From Chrysomallon squamiferum (Eukaryota > Animalia > Mollusca), in contig CM022674.1 of NCBI GenBank assembly GCA_012295275.1, positions 13,950,001 through 14,014,000 on the forward strand: a stretch of DNA of 64,000 nt, given 5' to 3'. Each line of letters starts with the position of its first letter. Positions within the stretch are counted from its first letter, which is position 1. Positions 15,695 through 27,373 of this stretch are shown here, in pieces. The position numbers and the translations under genes were made by a program. The notes under the pieces are model-generated. The model was not told the DNA's origin and searched no databases. It saw only the letters and a program-made list of their open reading frames with translations.

Positions 15695-15960
15695 GCAGCA
15701 ACAACAACAACAAGTTATAATACCAGCAATGACAACAACGGCGATGATTATTATTACAGTAAGTGTTGTTTGGTTGATTTATAATAGACCTATAAATATA
15801 TGTATATTAACCACATCAGAGAATTATTTCACATTTCACCTAGTTTGTTACCTAACGTTTTTATGTACAGTATTTAAGTATATTCATTTGTTCGTACAGA
15901 TTATATCATAATAAATTATCCGTAGTATTACGTAGGGTAGTTAGTCAAAATATTACAACA

Positions 15961-16056
<96 letters not shown>

Positions 16057-16639
16057 GTACTTTCTTTTCTTCCTCAAACAAACAAAATGAAATACTTCAA
16101 TATAGAGGCCATTCATACCATGTAAAACGTAATGAATTTAGCGCTTTTGTTTTTGACCGAATTCCGCCGTTCTAATGTCGCACCAACAGCTGTGGACGTA
16201 TTAAACTGGATTTTAATATTTATTGCGGAAAGCATCTGGAGTTAATACCAATCGATCTGCATGTCCATTACTGAAAACACTATGAGCAGGCCAATTTAAA
16301 CACGTGTCGCTGTCCTTGGTCACGTGATCTATGGAAACTATAATGACATCTGAAAATTAAGAGTATATCGTGCTGAAGGTTGGGTGATCGTTCCCTGTCG
16401 CTGTGCTTGGGGTTATTACTGTTTCAAATGTGTTTGGATATTTCTTAATGAGAAAACTTGTATTTTCACACATAACTACATTAAAATTAAACTATACAAT
16501 AAAAATAAAATAAATAAAATACAAAGAAATGTATAGGCCTAATGACATGCTGACCATTTTAAATGCTATTTCTTCTTTTTCTTCTTCTTAATATTCGTTC
16601 CATCTTTTTTTATGACAAAGGAAAAAAAAAAAAAAAACA

Positions 16640-16676
<37 letters not shown>

Positions 16677-17049
16677 CACCATAATCACCACAACAAAAAA
16701 CAAACAATAAATAAATTAACCCCCCCAGCTAATAAATATTATACCAATCTGTTAAGTAAACAAAACTAACAAAAAATTAAAAATTAAATAAATAATAATA
16801 TTTGTTTTTTTTATTATACTGCCAAGCGCAATCCGTATGTCAAAGGGATTTAACAGCAATAGCTTTCATTATATAGACTTCACTAGTTGCTTCCCTTTAT
16901 CAACCATTTTTAGAGTGCTGCTGTCTCTGTGGCATTATTACATTTAAATTACATAACTTCAGTCAATCAGTACAAAATATCTTTAATCCTATTTGAAATA
17001 TTTACACAACTTCTAGCCAAGGATTAAGAGCACGTATTTAAAATAACAA

Positions 17050-17257
17050 TGATATTGGGCGTGGTTTATTGCAGATTCGGCCGGTCATTTTTAAAAATAC
17101 GTTAACCAATGAATTTCAAGAAGCGTAATTATTGACAGGACGACCTGACCTAATTCAGCTTATGACCCGATTTTAGTAAATGTTGAACAGTGACATCACA
17201 CCAGCAGTTTCCGATCGGTGGTTGTTATCGGAACTCTCGTATGTGAGAAGAAATGCG
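17050..17257 (+). promoter_or_regulatory. Putative proximal promoter/5'UTR of the MRH-kinase gene
   Basis: GC-box GGGCGTGG (~17057) and CCAAT (17106) 150-200 bp upstream of the ATG at 17258. Confidence 0.35.
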
Positions 17258-17433
17258 ATGAGTTCGCTAATCATTAGTTTTGTCGTCTTTATGCTGATTA
17301 ATTCTCCTGAATCTGCCGTTTCTAATGACTATGTAGCTGTCCCGTTTATACAAATAGGCTCATGTAAACTGGTTATAAGCACAAGAGACATAATTGATTT
17401 GAAAAGTTTACAACGCAGTGATGGCCTGCCGAG
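17258..17433 (+). CDS. MRH-kinase exon 1: signal peptide and start of MRH-like domain
   Basis: MSSLIISFVVFMLINSPESAVS...GSCKLVISTRDIIDLKSLQRSDGLPR; donor AG|GTAATG in phase 2, matching exon 2. Confidence 0.75.
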
Positions 17434-18490
17434 GTAATGCATGCAGATTTTTGTAATGTATACGAATTTTTATAAATGCTGCTTCTTATTTTTGTTATGC
17501 AAGTACATCTAAATTAACTTAATTACACTGGGGTTCTTTTTGTAAGTAATAAAAAGAGGATTATTTCTTTAAAATAAATTGAATAAATAAATACATGCAT
17601 TGTAATAATATTTATGAAGAAGAAAAAAAATAGCTAAATAAATAAATCATAACAAAATTAAAATGAATTTTGACTGAAATTATTAATTTGTATTCTGACA
17701 TATTATTTAAAACTGAATATGCTTATTCTTCAAAACTGTTTTGTAACTGGTCTTACAGTCAAAACCACTAACACAAACACTAACTTTACCATGTACTGTT
17801 AAACCACAACCACAAGAACATTATTTCTATGACTACCAACACTGCTATCACTGGTAACATTCAACCATGGATTATCATCTGCACCATCATCAGCTTTTAC
17901 AACATATTACAACCATGATCATCATAATCTCATAATCATTATTACAAAATATTAAATTTGACTTTTACCATTATAACTGTGATGATTGTTATCACTGATT
18001 TACCAGAAATTTACCACAAACATCTCTTATGTTATCATGTTTATCACAATATACTGGTAATATCACCAGCATAAAAACCACCATTTCTGCAACCATCATC
18101 TATTATTATAATCATCATCATCGTCATCAGCAGCATTATTATTGTCATCAAGATAATCATCATAATTATTATCTTCATCATCAACATTATCATTCTCAGG
18201 AATATTGTGGTTTTAACATCAGATAATAAAATAGGATTTTACTATTTACAATTTCATTTTTTGTTGTTGTTTATTGTGGTTATTATGTTTCATATTTCAC
18301 ACTTCACCGATTCTTTTCTTTACCATGACCTGTCAAGGTATTATTTTGTTGGCAACCACTCAAACATTTCAAATTTAAAAGAAAACAAAAAAAATATAAT
18401 GTGTTGAAGATTATTCATAAAGTAACTGTGAGAAAATATCATAGATGTGTTTCTTAATAATTATTTATTATGAAATGACCTACCAAACTT

Positions 18491-18571
<81 letters not shown>

Positions 18572-18884
18572 TTATTTATTTATTTATTTATTTCACAGGT
18601 TTATGACAACATTTGTGAGTTCAGGGAAGTCTTACAACTATACTTTTAACCCGTGTTTATCACACAACATGTCTCAACTCAACACTGACGTTGTGCAAGG
18701 GGATGGATGCTATTCAATTGCAGTGAGAATTTTTTGTTGTTTACTTATATCTACATTAACATGGATCCCATTAACTGACATATGTCCATTTCACATACAT
18801 ACACATTCATAAATATAATATTTAAACACGTACATTTAGAAATACTTTTATTAATTCTTCTATCGTTTTAATTTCATATATTAT

Positions 18885-18945
<61 letters not shown>

Positions 18946-19692
18946 AACTCACTTTTTGTTTTCATCTCTATTATTTATTTTGCCCTCATTCTTTCTCTCT
19001 CTCTTTCTCTATCTCACTTGCTATCCCATCTACTTCTCTCTCTCATTTTTCTCTCTATTTCTCTCTGTCTCTCTCACTTTCTTTCTCTCTCACTCACTGT
19101 CTTATTCTCTATCACTCTATTTCTATATTTCTGTCATTTTTTCTGTCTCTCATTCTTCATCAGTATTTCTTTTTCCCTGTTTACACATTTCTTTCCTTCT
19201 CCCTTTCACTGTCTGTCTTTCACTTACTCACATTCTTGCTCTCTGTTTCTATAATTATTAATTAATATTTAACTGTCTCATCAAACAAAATGTTTCATCT
19301 CTTTTTCATTTTCTTAAAAATATATATATTTTTTTTATCAGGTATGTAAGTTCAACGTCAAAGAACAGAAACAATATTTTACTCTTGGATTGCAGAACTA
19401 CGCCAAGTTCCGAGTCATTCGAGATATCAGGAACAACCACACCAACTCAGCACTGGTCTTTACTGGAGACAAGTACTTACACACTTCATATTTATCAGTG
19501 GATCATTATTTGTATTTAGTAATTGGAAATATACAGCAATGTTTCTTAAATTTCATTTTAGGTTTTATTGATATAAGAATTTGTTTCTAATTTATGTATG
19601 TACAGTTACATTTAGAAATTATAATAAGATCAGTAATGATGATGATGATGATTAAAAAAATAAATAATAATCATGCTATTATTGCTACTTTA

Positions 19693-19749
<57 letters not shown>

Positions 19750-22700
19750 CAATAATAATAATAATAAGAAGAAGAAGAAGAACAAAAGAACATGGTTTTA
19801 TTGAAAGTATGTTAAAATTTTAATTTATATATCTAAATATATTTGTTTTGAAGATTACAGGTAGCAAAGATCTAAAATTTTTAAATAAACAAATTTGTTC
19901 TTAATGCTGATAGGTACTTGCAGATTGCATGTAGATAAATATTTGAATTTATTTTCACTAGATTTATAAGCATGTACAAACTTCATTATTATGTACAATG
20001 AAAAAAGTATTTGTTTTTACTGAATACAGATACAGACACATTTTCTGTTGATAATATTAAAAACAAAAATAAAATTATGAATTTTATAAACAATTCAGTA
20101 TTTATAATCAAAATTAATTATTTTTGTTGCATACAGATCTGTAGATATTTCATGTTAAATACTAAAATTTGTTTTTGCTTGATCTATGTAGATGTAAATC
20201 TCATATTTCTAAACAAAATAATGTTTCAGTTGTATTTGAATTAAGAAACATTTATTCACTATATTCATAAATTAATTATTAGAATTTATTCTTACTGAAT
20301 ATAGAGGTAAAAAAGATCTTACATTTGTGAATATTTGAATTTATGGTCTTTCAGATTGCTATATAAGCAAATTTAATATTTGTAAATAAAAATAATTCAC
20401 TTTTAATGTATATAAATACTTGCAGATATCATTTTTGAATAATAAGAATTAATTTTTAATGTGTACATGTTTGATTTATAAATATATATAAAAATAGTTT
20501 TATTGCATTCAATAGATACTGGTCTGATATTTATAAGCATACTTTCATTTTCAGGGTATATAATTTACAAAATTTCATATTTATAAACATTGGTGACACT
20601 CACACACACACACACACACAAAAACACAAGCATCAAAAGTAACATTTAAACAAAAATGACTTTGATGTAAATAAAAAGAATAACATTAATTTATTTATAT
20701 ATTTATTTAAACCATTTTTTTTTTTTTTTTTTTTTTAGATCAGTGCAACAAAGGAAAACAATAATTAAGTTAATTTGTGATGCAACGAGAAAAGAACCTG
20801 ATGATGGTTTGTTTAAAATTATTGAAGATTCTGGTGTTGGAAATGTGGTATGTAATTTTAAATGTAAAATTTGGGAACTTCATATAAAGTATTTTAAAAA
20901 TAGGTCCAGTGTTAATTTTAAAAATCAAAAATAATAATTGTAAATTTTGGAATTTGAAAACAGGAATTTTTGGCAGTCTTTGTAAGGTTAGTAATTTTAA
21001 AATATGGAATTTTAAAAATGTGCATTCATTAGGTAGGATAAACTAAAAGACATTTTTTCTTTTCCTCCATTTTTGTTGCTTCACATGCAAGCTTTGTTGA
21101 AAATACAATAATTAATTTTGTGTCCATTTCTTCATGCTTTGTTGCTGTATTCATTACTTTTTCATTTATTATTTTACTGGATGCATTTTTCAAATATATT
21201 TGTTTATTTGTTTATAGATAGCAGAACTTCATCACCTGTGCTGTTGTCCAAATGGCTGTTTGACTGTCAATAATTCAGGTAAATGCATTGTAATAATAAT
21301 AATAATAATAATAATCATAATAAATATACTACTACTTCTATTACTACTACTACTACTACATTACTACTGCTACTACTACTACTATTAATAATAGTGGTAA
21401 TACTACTACAATTAATGTTGCTGCTGCAGTATTCATGCTTTTACAGCTGCAACAAGAGCAACAACAACTACTAACAGTATTAACAATATTACTGCTATTC
21501 TTACTCCTGTACTGTTTCTACTACTGCTGTTGCTACAGTAGTAGTAGTAGTATTAGTAGCAGTAATAATCACAATAATAATAATAATAATATCACCATGG
21601 ACACCTGATATATGTTGCTTGGTTCAGGTTGTTTATTTTTATGCTCTGTTTGTAATTTAAGTTGCCCACCTTTGTAAATACTTGGGCCTTGGAGAAGCAT
21701 TAGCCTTGAACTGATATCAGAATTAAACAAATATATATATATATATAATAAAGGAAGAAAAACAGAAAGAAAAAAAAAGCAGACAAGGTGCAGTAATCAG
21801 AGAAACATAAAAAAAAAAAAAAAGACCCTCCTTCACGAAAAATATAGAGGAAATAAAAGAAAGAAAGAAAGAAAAGGAAAAGATGGAAAGAAATAAAAGA
21901 AAGAAAGAAAGAAAAGGAAAAGATGGAAAGAAAGAAAAGAAAAAAAGAAAGAAAAAGAAAGAAAAGAAAGAAAGAAAGAAAAGAAAAAATCTATAAAAAA
22001 AATCAGAAAAGAAAAGAAAAAAGATATCTTCTAGTCATGACATGAACACAACTTTCAATATCTTGGAGTACATTTGTAGAAAAATATTTTCTAAATGAAA
22101 CACTTGAATAATAGCTGAACAACTCATCACATATAACTAAAATGATTATTGTTGCTGTTGGATCTTGTTGTTGTTGTTGTTATTGTAGTTTTGTAATTTG
22201 AAGAGCTCTTTTCAAGTCTACCATTAATCACATTTCACCAATTTGAAGAAAATTTCAATAAATGTGTGACATTTAATTTGAATATTTTTAAAGTTTTAGT
22301 AAAATAAAAATAAAAGAATAATAATAAAAAATAAATAAAAAAACAGTTAAAAAAACCAACAAATAAATAAAAAAAACCACTACAAACATACACAAACAAC
22401 AACAACAATAAACCAATTAATTGTTTAAATTGTACTGATGTTCTAATCGAATGATGATGAATTTTAAGTCCTCTCCAATACTAACCTATTCACCTAGTAA
22501 CACAATTATTTATACAAATAAATGTTACAACACTTGGTACATCACACAACACTCACATTAAACCTCACTGCAGTTATATTTCTTTACACCTTATTATGTA
22601 GCTTACAGTGCACACTATACAGAGTAATCGTTTACATTCAGTATGTAGATAACAAGTTTAGATAATAATTTACTAGTGTCAGTAATGTTATCTTAATCTA

Positions 22701-23020
22701 GTGTATTAGTTACACACTCATAACAACATAATTGTGTATACTTTTACCTCAGCTTAAAGTGCAAATGGGGTAATTGTACATTAAATGAATTACCTGGTGT
22801 TAATGTATTTTAAAAAGAAATGTATGTGTGTGTCTGTATTAAATAAAATCAATATCTATCTGTCTATCTGACTGTCTATATATCTGCCTAGCTATTTGTC
22901 TCTTAGTACACAGATATACACATACATTTATGTTTTTCTATCTATATATATAAAAAAACAATCTATATCTATGTCTCTCTATCTGTATGTCTGTCTGTAA
23001 AACACACACACACACACATA

Positions 23021-23079
<59 letters not shown>

Positions 23080-26000
23080 TTAAAAAAAAATTCAGTAGCA
23101 TTGTTTGATTCACAGAAATGTAAGAACCCACATATAAGTTGATGCTTGAATGTTATCAGTGATTTATGCATTGTTATAGTTTACTTTACATACTTAACCT
23201 ATATAACTAGACAATTTTTCATATCCTCAGTCAGTTAGGAATTTTTCTGCTTTCTTCAAAGTAAAAATAATGGAAGATATTGAGCTTTGTATTTTAAAAT
23301 GTGTAAATTATGTGATGTGAAGAATAAAAAAATGTAAGTAGAAATATGATTGTACAAAATTTGTCATCAGTGTAACTGCAGAATACACTAATGAGAATGC
23401 CATCTAATTAACAGTACTTGATAATTTAAATTTTTTGCAGAAAGGTCAGAAAACCGCAAGAGCAGTGATATGTTTATTATGTTTGGTGCTATTCTTAGCT
23501 TCTTGTTCATGGTAATTAATTATCGGATTCTTGTGTTACCTCAGTAGAACACACCTACCATTCTACTACAAACTTCCAGGTGAGATTTTCGGAGTTCTGC
23601 ATTTAAAATATTCATTTAGTGACATTAAGAACTGTTCTAAATAGAGTCCGTATTCTTCTGAGTTACATTTTGTAATTATTTTTGGCTTCCAATCTTTATT
23701 AATAATAACATTTAACAAATGTACCTTAGGTGATACGAAGAACTACTCTGTATGTTATCCGTATAGTTCTGAGTTTTACATTTAATTTTGGTTTTGTAGC
23801 TTCCAATCTTATTTAATAATAAAGTAGATTAAAAAATAGAATGCAATTTAAAAATACCTGATCACCAACATTTTTCTATAGTAGCGACATCATTATATAT
23901 ATGTATGTATAAAGTGTTTAAGAAGTGACATATTTGCTGTTTCAGTTACTGGAAAAATGAGAGGGTTTTCACACCATTCCCCCAATGATGACATTTATGA
24001 CAGACGCCTAACAGCCCCATCACTGATGTCTGTTAGGTACCGGGATTATGAACCAGGATGGAAAGTGTCCAAGAAAAGTCAGCTGCCTGTTTTAGAGAAT
24101 GCTGTTATGTCTATTGACACGATTAAAATGAGACAGAGGTGAGCTACTGCCATGGTGAATTTACAAATGCAGATATAGGATTCGTATTTTTATTTCTTTT
24201 CTTTTTAATTATTTTTTTACATACATATATATATTTTATTTATATTTATTAATTAGATATTTAAGGAAACATTTTTTGATTAAAGTTGTAGTTTAGTAAA
24301 GATTTTCTCTCAATCAAATTTTGATCAGCCTTTGCACCATTTTCAACTTGAAATCATGTGAGGTATTTTACATAGTACATTCCTTAAAAATGAAAAACAT
24401 ATCTTTATGATGTCACACATATCTTTATGATGTCATACGTGTCATGATTCAGACTGGGAGGTGGCAGTTTTGGAGACACTCATGTAGCAGAATGGCACGA
24501 CATGACTGTGGCACTGAAACGATTAACAATTAATATCCATGACAACCAGGTGACTGATGACATCATAGAGCTGATGAAGAAAGAAGTTTGGTTTCTCAGG
24601 TGAGGGAAAAAAAAAAGGGAGAGAGAAAGAGAGAGAGAGAAAGAGAGAGAGAGTACAACTACATAATAACTTTCAAAATTAATATTCACTTTCAAAAGAT
24701 TCTTTCCCTTGCTTCATACAATTAACTTAGATTTGTTTTCTCTTTTAGTCGCCAACGTCATAAAAACATTGTTGGGGTGCTGGGACTGTGCATTGATAGC
24801 AGACATCCGTGTATCATCACTGAATTTGTGAATGGCAGCTGCATAAAAGATCTTCTTAAAATGAGAGACTTCAAGCTAATATGGCCGCATCGAGTCAAAA
24901 TTGTACGTCTGCAAAATAATAAAAATTTATGTCTAGCACCAGGAATAATTAATTTAAAGTCATTTTTCGAAAATCTAAATAATTGTTTATTCACTACCTA
25001 AGCTTAAGTCTATGAAATGAATGTTTAAATAGAGCTGATAACTCTTTGCTAATAATAAAGTATAAAAGAAGCTGCAATGATGATTTTTTTTTTTCTACAA
25101 AGAGATATACAAAATATGTTTTGCCATTTTACAGTGATTTATGTAATCTTCTAAAAACAAATTTATCACTGCCTTGACAAATATTATTATTATTTTTTGT
25201 TATGCTTTATAACTAACAAATACTGTTTTAAAAATAAATCACAAAAAAAAATAACAGATTTTTATTCCAATAATCCTGATTTATCAGTGATTTATAACAG
25301 GTTTCTAAAACTTTTCTGACAGCAGGTTGCAAAATATTACAGTTGTTAACAAGTCAGTGATATTTTACACAGAATTAAACTTCAGAACTAAAGACAGCTT
25401 TTGTTGGCTGAACATGAAGGTTGTTGAATGTGGCTGTGTTAAATCAAATGTTTGCTGTTTTATTTTGCAGTGTTCTGATGTAGCCAATGGCATAGCCTTT
25501 CTTCATTCGACAAAACCTCCGATCATTCATCGAGATCTCCGCTGTGGAAACCTCTTTCTTCTCCACAATGATACTGCTAAGGTATCAAAACTAATTATTG
25601 TTATTATTATTATTATTATTATTATTTTTTTTTTTAATCCTGGTTGTTTAAAGATACAGCTACGGTATTGAAATTATTTTTTTTTTTTTTATTCTCAATT
25701 ATTTGAAGATAAAGAATCAGTAAACACTAACACATTTTAGTTGTTAGACAGAAGGATGTGTAGACTAGAGGTAAAGCTCTCATATGGAATGCATTAATGA
25801 CTGGTCCCTGTTAGCAGTAACTCTTTTGGGGGCATTTTCCCAATCCAACCAATTCTGTTTCCAGGTCAGACAGTGCTCTGTTATTGTTGAATCATAGGCC
25901 AAGTAGTTTTAGTGAAAAGTGCAGATAAAAGATAAATAAAATAAAATAAAAATTTATTTCCAGCAATTAAATAAAATAAAATAAAATAAAATAAAATTTT

Positions 26001-26767
26001 ATAAAATTTCAGGTTGCTGATTTTGGACTGACAAGCCACTAAGACAGAACTGTACAAAGGAAGACTGCTGCTGTGAGTTTTACCCACAATTCCTTGAAAC
26101 AAAAATGGCAGACATTATTGTTATGAACAAGAGTCAGTAACTGAACAATAAATAGAAATTATTGAATTTGTATCAGTCTGTTCCCATTTCTGTGAGAAAA
26201 AACATGGATGTAGAAGACCAAGATTTTATTTCAAAAGGAAAATAAACTTTTAACTTGGTATTGGTGAATCTTTATGTGAATATTTTAATGCAAAATGAGA
26301 GATTTAATATAAAAATAAAAATCTTATACATATAATGATTATTTATATAAAGTACTGATAGTGATAATAAATAAATAAATAAATAAATAAATAAAAAATT
26401 AAATAAAGAAAACATATTTTTATACTTTACCCATAATGCCTTTTAAGAACTATGGTAGACAATATTATGTGTTTTTCTTGGCAGAGTTATCTCCCATTAG
26501 CAAAGGTGTAGACTGATATAAAACCATTTAAGATTTTCTGTTGTTAATGTGTTCTAGTAGTTTATTAATATAATTCAATAAGGGTACATATTTGAACATT
26601 AATGTTTGTATGTATAAATATGAGAGTATAACTGCATATGTTAATGTATGTATAGTTTTTGTATACATGTGTATGTGTATATGTGAGTGTGTGTGTGTGT
26701 GTGTATGTATATATATATATATATGAGACTGTCCATTTATGTTTAAGTAGGTGTGTATGTGTTTATA

Positions 26768-26828
<61 letters not shown>

Positions 26829-27173
26829 GTCTGTTTCCATTTCTTTATGGAAAACATGGATGTAGAAGAATATGTGTCATGGATGTATGTATGTATATGA
26901 TCTTAAAATATTCATTTAAAAATAAAAATAAAAGAAACATAAAATTTAATCTCAACAGCTATTAAGTTTTAGAATAGTTACTAAATGGACTGTACAAAGA
27001 CACAGGTAACTTTACAGGTCGTCGTAACTACAGTGCATGTCCAGCCAACATTCGCTGGACAGCTCCAGAAATACTGCAGAACCCACTGTACTCGAGGGAT
27101 GACGCAGTGATCTATGTGGCAGCCGATGTTTACTCAATTTGGACTTGTAATGGTGTTTGTGTGAGGACAAGTG
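17258..27173 (+). CDS. Multi-exon single-pass receptor-like kinase: signal peptide - MRH (M6P-receptor homology)-like ectodomain - TM - TKL/Tyr-kinase-like domain; 3' end lost in the gap; three apparent frameshifts
   Basis: Twelve GT-AG exons with consistent phases: 17258-17433, 18599-18722, 19342-19472, 20739-20847, 21218-21278, 23441-23579, 23946-24138, 24453-24599, 24749-24902, 25471-25581, 26013-26072, 27018-~27150. Kinase motifs LGGGSFG, VALK, KE, HKNIV, HRDLRCGN, VADFGL, IRWTAPE, ADVYS(FG). Confidence 0.85.
18599..18722 (+). CDS. MRH-kinase exon 2
   Basis: tttcacag| FMTTFVSSGKSYNYTFNPCLSHNMSQLNTDVVQGDGCYSIA |gtgag; YxYxFNPC is an MRH hallmark. Confidence 0.8.
19342..19472 (+). CDS. MRH-kinase exon 3
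   Basis: ttttatcag| VCKFNVKEQKQYFTLGLQNYAKFRVIRDIRNNHTNSALVFTGD(K) |gtactt. Confidence 0.75.
20739..20847 (+). CDS. MRH-kinase exon 4
   Basis: Poly-T acceptor; SVQQRKTIIKLICDATRKEPDDGLFKIIEDSGVGNV |gtatgt; R-x-T-x-I-x-L-x-C MRH strand. Confidence 0.8.
21218..21278 (+). CDS. MRH-kinase exon 5 (end of MRH-like domain)
   Basis: tttatag| IAELHHLCCCPNGCLTVNNS |gtaaat. Confidence 0.75.
23441..23579 (+). CDS. MRH-kinase exon 6 (transmembrane helix), +1 frameshift near 23517
   Basis: ERSENRKSSDMFIMFGAILSFLFMVI / IIGFLCYLSRTHLPFYYKLP. The exon is 139 nt between two phase-1 junctions, one base too long. Confidence 0.7.
23946..24138 (+). CDS. MRH-kinase exon 7 (juxtamembrane)
   Basis: VTGKMRGFSHHSPNDDIYDRRLTAPSLMSVRYRDYEPGWKVSKKSQLPVLENAVMSIDTIKMRQ; canonical splice sites. 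Confidence 0.75.
24453..24599 (+). CDS. MRH-kinase exon 8 (kinase subdomains I-III)
   Basis: LGGGSFGDTHVAEWHDMTVALKRLTINIHDNQVTDDIIELMKKEVWFL. Confidence 0.9.
24749..24902 (+). CDS. MRH-kinase exon 9 (subdomains IV-V)
   Basis: RQRHKNIVGVLGLCIDSRHPCIITEFVNGSCIKDLLKMRDFKLIWPHRVKI |gtacgt. Confidence 0.9.
25471..25581 (+). CDS. MRH-kinase exon 10 (catalytic loop)
   Basis: CSDVANGIAFLHSTKPPIIHRDLRCGNLFLLHNDTAK. Confidence 0.9.
26013..26072 (+). CDS. MRH-kinase exon 11 (DFG), frameshifted
   Basis: VADFGL followed by in-frame TAA at 26040-26042. The shifted frame reads KPLRQNCTKEDCC and ends in the phase required by exon 12. Confidence 0.75.
27018..27173 (+). CDS. MRH-kinase exon 12 (APE, subdomain IX), frameshift at ~27137, truncated by gap
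   Basis: CRRNYSACPANIRWTAPEILQNPLYSRDDAVIYVAADVYS, an extra A, then FGLVM. Confidence 0.8.
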
Positions 27174-27373
27174 NNNNNNNNNNNNNNNNNNNNNNNNNNN
27201 NNNNNNNNNNNNNNNNNNNNNNNNNNNNNNNNNNNNNNNNNNNNNNNNNNNNNNNNNNNNNNNNNNNNNNNNNNNNNNNNNNNNNNNNNNNNNNNNNNNN
27301 NNNNNNNNNNNNNNNNNNNNNNNNNNNNNNNNNNNNNNNNNNNNNNNNNNNNNNNNNNNNNNNNNNNNNNNNN
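27174..27373. other. Assembly gap (200 N)
   Basis: Run of exactly 200 N, typical of a fixed-size scaffolding gap. Confidence 0.99.

Noticed and set aside
26170-26870. Short duplicated segment GTCTGTT.CCATTTC...AAAACATGGATGTAGAAGA in kinase intron 11 (similar local duplications at 23650/23761 and 31410/31600)
   Set aside because: Ordinary small intronic duplications with no evidence of function.
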